Shown here piece by piece: positions 54,253 through 64,000 of a stretch of DNA of 64,000 bases. The DNA lies in assembly GCA_951406725.2 (NCBI GenBank), contig OX597833.1, positions 24,614,001 through 24,678,000 on the forward strand, written 5' to 3'. The notes under the pieces were generated by a model, which saw only the letters and a list, made by a program, of their open reading frames with translations, made no database searches and had not been told where the DNA came from. The first letter of the stretch is position 1. Every line of letters starts with the position of its first letter. Source of the stretch: Octopus vulgaris (taxonomy: Eukaryota). A program made the position numbers and the translations under genes.

Positions 54253-54761
54253 TATGACGAAACCTTACAGGATTGAGATCGTCATGTAAGGAATCGTTAT
54301 GCCGTGGCTGTGTGGTAAGTAGCTTGCTTCCCAACCATTTAGTTCCGGGTTCTGTCCCACTGCGTGGCACCTTCGCCAAATATCTACTATAGCCTCACAC
54401 ACACACACATACATATATATATTCAACTGAATAAATAAGTCAAACGAAAACCAACAGTATTACCGTATTTACTATCAAAATACATTACATTTATTTTCAT
54501 TCTTTTATCCTTCAATTTCAACTTTTCTTTTTTCTGGATATGTTTTCTTTTCCTTTCTTGATTTTTTTTTTGTGGTGGTGGTGGTGGTGGGGGTATCTTC
54601 GTCTTCTGTGCTTTTTCTCATTCTTTTTTCTTCTAACTTCGTAAGTCTTATATCTTCCTTTCTTTCCATTCTTTTTCTTCTGCAATCCCAATTCCTCATT
54701 CTGTATTGTAAATTCTGCTTCATTTTTGTCTATATTTTTTCTTTCCGTTCTTTCTTTCTTC

Positions 54762-54815
<54 letters not shown>

Positions 54816-56469
54816 CAAGCATGTATCAGTTCTATGCAATATCGACTGAAATACGCGACTGGAAACTTTTAAAACAACATTGGACTTAATTCAGAAGTTT
54901 ATTTAATTCTTTATTACTTTTGTGACGACAGCGAAGTATCAAAAACAATAGGGCACCAGAGTAATTCCTCTCAGAATTCAGTTACTTCCTTTGATATTTT
55001 ATATTCCAACCCCCAGCTGATGTCGTCTTTTACTTTTCATAATTCCGGGATCGTTCAAATACGTGTACCGCCAAATTACCGGCAGGTAATGTTTAATCTT
55101 ATAAATAACTGAATCTGAAATGCATCCATGAGGCACGATTATGGTTATAGCTTTATTTTTATAGCGGACCACTAGTTACTCATGCCGCTTCTTTTGTACA
55201 GGTTCCTCACGTTGTTTGAGGAAAAAAAAAACTAGTGTTGACACGTACTCAGAAGGTAAAGGGGCGAAACACGTGGTACAATTCACCCATTCACCGCTCC
55301 ATCACTTCCACCAGTTCACCGTCTCAAGATTGGTATTTGATTTTTATTTTAACCGGATGGAAGAAAAGAAAATTCTGCTCAGTGGGGCCCGATCTTTGAA
55401 CAAGAGCGGAACTGTATCGCGAAGTATAATATCCTGCGTTCTGACAATCCCGCCTTGCTGGACTGGTTCTTGAGTTTGTCGGACTCGGAACGATGGAGGA
55501 CAACGAAGAAATACCACAAGATTTGGACACGAGTCGTAAATTCGGAACAAATACCGCAAGAAATTTTGGTCCGGCAATAAAATAATTCTACCAGTCTACT
55601 GTAAAACTCTAGGTGAATTTTACTATTATTGAGTATCAGAGAAATGTTGGAGGTGCTGACATTGCAACACGTACACCCGTCTACGCATTGAAAGGCAAAC
55701 TTGCTTTTGTCCATCAGTTAATGAGCTACTACAGTTGATTTCGTGAACTGCGCCATTCCTTGCGGTTAGTGAATGTTAAAATTCATTCTATAATTATGTT
55801 GGACAGACATAGTTATTAGAGCGTCCTTTGTATTAACATTATTTCATTACCTTCCGTCTCCAAAGCAGGTTGACGTCAAGCCTGCCACCTAAACATTTCG
55901 GGATTGATAGACAAAGTAGCGTTCAAGTACTCGGGTTAATAGACTCTTCCGTCGTCCCAAATATCTGGCATTATGTCCGTATAAGGCATAATAAAAAATT
56001 TTCACCATCATCGAAGCGCGAAGCGCCCCGCACGACCGCTGGTTCGTGAGATGGTTGTGATCTGTAAACAGTTTTGAGTAGGAACCGGAGAGAGAAGTAT
56101 GAACACTCAATGCGCATGTATGCACTGAATTCATAAAACGTAAGAGAAGAGTACAAACACAATGCGTTGTCAAAATAGAACGAAAGAGAAGAATAAAAAC
56201 GCAACGTCAAACAGGTTGTATGATGGTCTACATGACACGTCTGACACCACTATAACGCAGCTTCGCTACAGTTACCTTGTTTCTACTATAGGCACAATTC
56301 CACCCCAATACTTGATGAATAATTTATTTTATACATCCGAAAGAATGAAAGCCAAAGTTGACCACGGAGGCATTCAGCATCAAAACGTTAAGACGGACGA
56401 GATGCCGTTAAGCATATTGTCCAGCGCAGTAACGAATTTAATAATAATAATAATAATAATAAAAAAATT

Positions 56470-57030
56470 CCCTGATGTATAGTACCAGGCAGTGGCCCTC
56501 ATGGCTTCTGATCTTAACTGATTGGAAATGTTATCATGAACATTGTTTTGTCTTGGTATAAAAGATGGGCTACAACAAATAATATTCTGCTCAATATCAC
56601 AGATTTGCTTGTCAGTAGTTTGACCATAATCAGTTGAGCATGTCCCTTAGTGGCTGACGATATCGACATCTCTGACTATGAGCAGAAGTAGTGGGGAGCA
56701 CCATAGTCATGTATTGAAAGGAATTCTTTGGGGTTTCGATAATTCACCTCTGGAAACATGGGTGTTTTGTTCAACATTCTTAAACAACCCTTATTCAGGG
56801 ATCTTTTGAGCGGGATGGGCTGCTCGACCTGAACAAAATTCTAACTGGGCCTCACCTGCAAGGTCATGCCCTGTTAATTTTGATATGAGATCACTATGTC
56901 ACGCTCATATGGTTGCGATGCATTTACCTAGTGTATCCTTATCAGACGGGTAGTCAAGACGAGTATTCTGGGCTTCGTATATTTTACTCCAGTGTCACTT
57001 TAATGGCATGTGCTGCTCTCTCATTAAATG

Positions 57031-57096
<66 letters not shown>

Positions 57097-57567
57097 TGGT
57101 ATAAAAGATGGGCTGCAGCAAATATTCTGCTCAATACCACAGATTTGCTTGTCAGTTGTTTGACCTTAACCAGTTGAGCATGTCCCTTAGTGGCTGACGA
57201 TATGTGCATCTCTGATCACGAGCAGAAGTAGTGGGGGAGCATCATAGCCATGTGCTGAGAGGGATTCTTTGGGGTTTGAATAATTCACCTCTGGAAACAT
57301 GGGTGGTTCTTTCAACATCCTTAAACAACCCTTATTCAGGGACCTTTTGAGCGGGATGGGCTACTCAACCTGAAGAAAATTCTAACTGGGCCCCACCTGC
57401 AAGGTCATGTGCTGTTTATCTTGATATGAGATCACCATGTCGCGCACATATGGTTGTGATGCATGTGCCTGGTGTACCTTTATCAGACGGGTAGTCATGA
57501 TGGGTATATTGGGCTTCGTATATTTTACCCCAGTGTCACTTTGATGGCATGCACTGCTCTCTCACTC

Positions 57568-57568
<1 letters not shown>
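56470..57568 (+). mobile_element. Two adjacent copies of the (AAT)n-embedded repeat (second is 5'-truncated)
   Basis: 56470-57025 and 57097-57568 align to 22222-22780 and are separated by (AAT)n. Confidence 0.85.
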
Positions 57569-57632
<64 letters not shown>

Positions 57633-58322
57633 CAACAACAACAACAACAACAAAATAACAACAATAATAATTCTTCTAACTAACGGCACAAGACCTAACA
57701 TTTTCGGGGAGAGTGCTAGTCGATTTCATAGAACCTTGTACTTGACTGGTACTCATTAAATCGCCCCGTAAAAGGAATTTGTACTCCGAGTACAAAGCCG
57801 GTTGAATGCCGCTAAGCATTTCGTCCGGTGTTGTCAGCTCGCCGCCTTAACAATAATAAAAATAGCTGTTAAAATTTTGAAGGAAGATCACCGATTTTAA
57901 AGAATGGGAATTTGTCGGTAACACCGATCTTAGTCTTCAACTGGTACTTATTCTTATCGACCAGGAAAAAGTGAAATGCAAGGTTGAACTCCAGAGAAAG
58001 TAGAAGACGGTAACATAAAGGGCCAGAACAAGTATTACAAAGCATATTTCCGACGATCTGGTGATTCTATCAGTCCTTTGTCATGAATTGTTTCTAACTT
58101 AGGCACAAGGTCAGAAATATGAGTTCATTTCTGTTTTGTTTTTTTCAATCGGGATCATATTTTTAACCTTTTATTTGTTACAGTCATTGGACTGCAGCCA
58201 TGCATGGGCATCACCTTGAAGGGTTTAGCTGAACAAATCCACTGCAGTATTTTAAGTTTTGTAAGCTTCATAATTATACTTTCGGTCACTTTTTTGCCGA
58301 ACCGCTAACCACCACCAGTTGT

Positions 58323-58367
<45 letters not shown>

Positions 58368-58554
58368 ACATACACACTTATTCTAACACTTTCACACACA
58401 CATACACGCACACACACACACACGTACACACTAACACACGTGCACACACAAGTACACACACACGTACACATACTCGCACAGCACACGGACACAAGTGCAC
58501 ACACGCACACTCACACGCACTCGCACTCGCATACACACACACACACACACACTC

Positions 58555-58960
58555 ACAGAGGGTGCGTAAAATGTTCGAGAGCACCCCTTTCAAGAGCTCT
58601 AACTTTCTTTTAGCTTATTTTTTTTTACCTGACTTTTCATACGAATGCTGTCAAGCATCAGGTTGACTCAGCAAATGAAAAGGTGCGCCGTAATCGTTGC
58701 GTTAAATGCGCAGCACAGGGATACAGAGATAGATCACTTCCTGAAATTTGCCCGATCCTTCGTTGTCAAAATTGGAATGGAGCTGGAAGCTGCTGATGGG
58801 GACTAGCATCAACAGCTAAACACAAAACGCATGCATAGGGTCCTATTACCATCAGAACTGTAAAAAATTGTATAATCGATAAAACACCCGAAGAGTCAAT
58901 CAGAGCCATTGCAAAAGACATCAAGGTTTCAGAATGCACCAGTCGTCTGTGTAGAGATTG
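58555..58960 (+). mobile_element. Tc1/mariner-superfamily transposase N-terminal (HTH) remnant
   Basis: KRCAVIVALNAQHRDTEIDHFLKFARSFVVKI and PEESIRAIAKDIKVSECTSR. Confidence 0.5.
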
Positions 58961-60415
58961 GACTTGCTTCAGTGACAAAGAGACATAGGAATTCCACTGC
59001 TAGGCCTCGAATGTCTTCCTCAACCATTACATTTTAATATTTATATGTAAAATCACTCTGTATATCATTTCCCTTGTAAAAGCTTCGTATTTTGTGTACG
59101 TGCTGGTAACCAATAAAGGAATCTTCACTCTTATTACTATTATTAATATTATGGTATGAGCTGAAATATACACTTAATATTATGGTATAAGCTGAAATAT
59201 ATTCACTTCGCGGCATTTCATCCAATTCTTTACGTTCTGAGTTCATATTCCGCCGAGGTCTACTTTGCCCTTCATCCTTTCGGGGTCGATAAAATAAGCA
59301 CCAGGTGAGCACACGTAGCTCAACATTCCAGGCTTTGTACCTTTTGTAGAACAGATTATTAATACCAGTGTGGTGAGCGGGCAGGATGGCTAGCACGCAG
59401 AACAAAATGCTTAGCAGCATTCCGTCCATCTTTACGTTCTGATTTCAAATTTCGTTGACGTCAACTTTGTTTTTTATCCTTTCGGGGTCGATAAAAGAAG
59501 CTGAGGACTGGGATTCGATGCAATCGACTCACCCTCCTTCCACGAAATTGCTTGCATTGTACCAAAATGTGAAACCAATATTACGGCGACAAGCAGGCAA
59601 AATCATTGTCCAGTACGGTAACGAATCTGCCTGCTCATCGCCCTTTTGGTTTCAATTTTTTCGGGTAAAGCCAGCAATTTCGGTGGAGGGTGGGTGTAAG
59701 TCGATTATAGCGACCTTAGTGCTCAACTCGTACTTATTTCATCGGCCCCATAAATACGAATGGCAAAGTCGACCTCGATAGAATTTGAATCATCATTGTA
59801 CCGTCATTATTATCATCAATATCATTATTATCATCATCATCAGCAGCAGCAGTTGTAGCAACAACAGTAACACAACTAGTACCACCTCCACCGGCACCAG
59901 CAGCGACTTAACTATCACCAGCAGCACCCTAACCCTAACTATCACCACAATCACCTCCAGAGTCGTCATCATCATCATCACTTCTTTAATTTTGATTTAT
60001 TTTTTCCAATTTCGCATCGGTTTGAAACGTCGTTAGTTAAACAGGTGACAGGGACTGGTTAAGTTAAGATACTTAAAAAAGATTTAAAAAGGTCCTGGCG
60101 ATAACGATGGCACGATGTTATATATATTATGTTTTCAAATGCCTAACCGTGTGAACGTACATGTGTTAGTGTGTGTATGTGTATATGTATGTCAGTGTGT
60201 GTTTGGTGATGTCAGTTATGTTGTTGCTGTTGTTGTGGATGTTGGTGGTCGTAGGCGTATAGGGAAATGTTCTGTAATTTAGACAATCCAAATGAATAAT
60301 TCAATTCACAGAAGCTACGTCTGCGGAATAGATTAGTGTGTGCCCATGTGCGCGTGTGTACGTGAATGTGTATTTGTCTTTAAGTATATACTTGCAAACA
60401 CAAGTACATACATAA

Positions 60416-60466
<51 letters not shown>

Positions 60467-60748
60467 TGTGTGTGTATGTGTATTGGCCTAGAGACAGATA
60501 GACATCCATAGGTATTAGCATGTTGAAGAATAAATTATCATAAACAGACGATATACGAATACAGTGATAAGAGTATATAAAGATAAATGTGTCTGTACAA
60601 CTCTGATATAGCGAGCGTTTCTTGATTAGTGGAGGTGAAACCGAGACGACAGCTATTATCTTTTTAGCCCACTCTACCTACTTACTCACAGAAAATTGCA
60701 GGAGAGTAGTCGAGTGGTTACAGTAATTATTATTATTAGTATTACTAA

Positions 60749-60965
60749 GGTGGCGAGCTAGGAAAATCGCTAGAATGCTGGGTGCAAAGCTTAGCGGTAT
60801 TTCGTCCGTCCTCATGTTCTGAAATCAAATTCAGCCTAGGTCGACTTTGCCTTTCATCCTTTCGGGCTCGATTAAATTGAGAACCAGTTGAATACTGAGG
60901 TTGATGTAATCCACTAGTCCCCTCCCGCCACATTTTAGGCCTTGTGCCTTTAGTAGAAGGGATTA
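60749..60965 (+). mobile_element. Complete MetaSINE-like SINE copy
   Basis: Head GGTGGCGAGCTAGG, core GTCGACTTTGCCTTTCATCCTTTCGGG, tail GGCCTTGTGCCTTTAGTAGAA. Confidence 0.75.
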
Positions 60966-61774
60966 GTATTACTAAGAATTACTATTGCTTCCAGTCATAG
61001 GTTCTTGGTCATGCCCTTACCGCATCTCGAATTGTTGGTATCCGAAAAAAAGTCACAAAAGAACGTTACAGTTTTAGCTAGGAATAAAAAATGCATTGAG
61101 AAAGAAGTCACGTTTTATTTAAATACTATACATTATTAAAGTAATGATACAAAAAATATTTAAAACAGGTTATTAACTGATGGTACATGATTTGTATATA
61201 ATTTGTATGATGGCATTACACAGATGAGGAGAAAAACCCTCTTTTATTCAATTTCTTAAGTAAAGTAAGACAACGAAATCAAAAAATTTCAGTTATTTAC
61301 TGACAAAGCATAACATGTATGTATTGGTTTCAAATTTTGGCACAAGACAAGCAAATTCGTGGGGTATTGTCAATTCTGTCGACCCCATTGCACAGCTAGT
61401 ACAGGATAAAAGGAGAAATCGCTCTCTGCGGAATTTGAAATGAAAACGTAAAGTTAGACGAAATGCCGCTAACCATTTTGCCCGACGTACCGACGATTCT
61501 GTCAGCTCACCTTACATAATATCGTGGTATTACATGCATATCCGGTATTTTTAACGTTGATGACTGAGTCAGATATTTCTGTGACTTTTTTTCCTAAATT
61601 ATTGTTTAATCACTGGGTCATCTTTTCCCTTCTGTTTTCTGTTCTGTTCGAAGCATGTGATAAGATCATCGGACTTGGGATAATCCGCCTCTTCCTCATA
61701 CAGATTAGCTCTGAATATCGTAATTTATCTAGCAGTTTCTTGTTATATGATTCAATTTAATCTGGTCGGAATGT

Positions 61775-62520
61775 CTGACATAATAAGTTCCCAGACTGAC
61801 CAAGAAGCTCTTATGAAATGTGACCAAATGAAGCTTATTTTTTAATATAGTATCTCTTGTAGACCACACACTTCTTCCATCGGTGTTGCAATGATTTGAT
61901 CTTATTGGTGAAGAAGCTTTCATCCTAATGGTCGAAAACGTCATCAACGGCAGCTGTGATGTCATCATCACTACGATACTGGTTCCCAGCCAAGTATGTT
62001 TTGATGCTGGGTAACAGATGATATTCAGATGGAGTCAAATCAGGAGAATGGGAAGGATGATCAACAGGTTCAAAGCCACAGTCATGCACAGTAACCATTG
62101 AAACCAAGGACTTGCGTACTGGAGTATTGTCCTGATGAAACAAGACCTCTTTCGTTAGTTTTTCTGGGCGTTTGGTCTTCATAATCTTTGGTAACTGCCT
62201 CAGAAGTTGACTTAGCACTCTCCATGATGGTGTCGCCCGTCTGACGATAGTCAATAAACACGAGGCCTTTTGCATCCAAATAACTGAAACCGTCACCTTC
62301 CCTGTACGAGAAACGACGTTGGCCTTCGTTGGAGAAGGTGAGGAGGGGTGTTTTCACTGCATGGATTTTCTTTTTGTCGCTGGATTAAAGTGATGGAACC
62401 AACACTCATCCTGTGGCATGAAACGGTCATGGAAACCAGCTGGATCTACCTAATACAAAGCCAGATTTTTCTGTGATATGATCGGCTTGGTGCGCTTTTT
62501 ATCAAGTGTCAGAAGATGTG
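61775..62520 (-). mobile_element. mariner (DD34D) transposase remnant with one TIR
   Basis: VLFHQDNTPV...HPSHSPDLTPSEYHL, upstream QDECWFHHF, TIR-like AATAAGTTCCCAGACTGA at ~61782. Confidence 0.85.
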
Positions 62521-62704
62521 ACAACCACTGAGAAAAATCATCGTCATGTCAGCCGACAAGAATGTATCGTAGCTCTTAGCTCCGACATTCGAAAATCCGA
62601 GTACTATAATGACAACCTTTTACTGTTTGTTCTAAATTATAACATATATAAATACTCCTTTATTTCTAACATTGAGATCTCATTCTTTTGTTGTTACTTT
62701 TTAT

Positions 62705-62787
<83 letters not shown>

Positions 62788-62792
<5 letters not shown>

Positions 62793-63084
62793 CGCGACCG
62801 ACCAGGCTTTCAGATGTTGCTACACATCGTTGGTCACAATGCGTTTCGCATTGCTTTAGCATTCAAATGACGCCACCCCGCTGGCTAAGCGAGCAGGCCA
62901 ACCGAAGAAAGAGCGACAGAAAGTTGTAGCGAAAGAGTACAGCAGGGATCGCCACCGTGCTGGAGCCTCGTGGAACTTTAGGTGTTTTCGCTCAATAAAC
63001 ACTCACAACAACCGGTCTGGGAATCGAAACCGCGATCCTACAACCGCGAGTCCGCTGTCCTAACCACTGGGCCATTGCGCCTCC
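62788..63084 (-). mobile_element. tRNA SINE with the same head and core as 49431-49814 but a different tail
   Basis: Aligns from the head to CCCTGCTGTACTCTTTC..CAACTTTCT, then diverges. Confidence 0.8.
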
Positions 63085-63100
63085 ACACACATATATATGT

Positions 63101-63166
<66 letters not shown>

Positions 63167-63563
63167 CTTTTACTCTTTTATTTGTTTCAGTCATTTGACT
63201 GCGGCCATGCTGGAGCACCACCTTTAGTCGAGCAAATCGACACCGGGACTTATTCTTTGTAAGCCCAGTACTTATTCTATCGGTCTATTTTGCCGAACCG
63301 CTAAGAGACGGGGACGTAAACACACCAGCATCGGTTGTCAAGCAATGCTAGGGGGACAAAAACAGACACACAAACACACACTTATATATATATACATATA
63401 TACGACAGGCTTTTTTCAGTTTCCGTCTGCCAAATCCACTCACAAGGCATTGGTCGGCCCGGGGCTATAGCAGAAGACACTTGCCCAAGATGCCACGCAG
63501 TGGGACTGAACCCGGAACCATGTGGTTGGTTAGCAAGCTACTTACCACACAGCCACTCCTGCG

Positions 63564-63566
<3 letters not shown>
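63167..63566 (-). mobile_element. Complete dominant-family tRNA SINE
   Basis: Reverse complement is nearly identical to 21188-21600. Confidence 0.88.
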
Positions 63567-63637
<71 letters not shown>

Positions 63638-64000
63638 TGTGTATGTGTGTGTGAAGGCACATGGTTAGGGCGTCGCATTCACGATTGCGAGATCATGGGT
63701 TCGATTCCAAGACCGCGCGTTGCGTCGTGTTCTTGAGCAAAGCACTTTATTTAACGTTGTTCTCCGATCATTTCGTCATCTGACAAGTGACAAATGGTGC
63801 ACCTGTGCAGGTAATGTCGATTTGGTTGAGGGAGTGAGCTTATGTGAGCACAAACATTTGACCACTATAAACAAATCATCTGTATGGTTGTTCGGCCACT
63901 AAGGGCTACATGAAGGATAATACATGACAGACAAGCTGAGGCCGTACGTAGGTACGGCAACAAAGAGAAAAGATCGAATGAATTAAAAAAGGTGGTGTAT

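Overview
AT-rich eukaryotic DNA packed with microsatellites and transposons. The SINE families look like those of a coleoid cephalopod, probably Octopus (from recall, not a database search). I found no confident host protein-coding gene, and nearly all listed ORFs are translations of simple repeats. The one intact element is a ~5.5 kb full-length CR1-group LINE on the minus strand (3091-8594). It has an uninterrupted APE+RT ORF2, an unusual ORF1 (Myb/SANT-like N-terminus plus CCCH finger) and a ~1 kb modular repeat array in its 5' UTR. It sits in one copy of a tandem duplication whose other copy is the empty site. Its 3' stem-loop is shared, with compensatory base changes, with the most abundant SINE in the window. 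A second notable system is a set of non-coding Penelope/retrozyme-like elements carrying type I hammerhead ribozymes with long AT-rich stem II and palindromic stem III. These include a near-identical 616-bp tandem unit with one hammerhead per unit (43807-45055). The rest is decayed R4/Dong, Hero, Tx1/L1, Penelope, Helitron, mariner and Chapaev-like elements, plus tRNA-derived SINEs.
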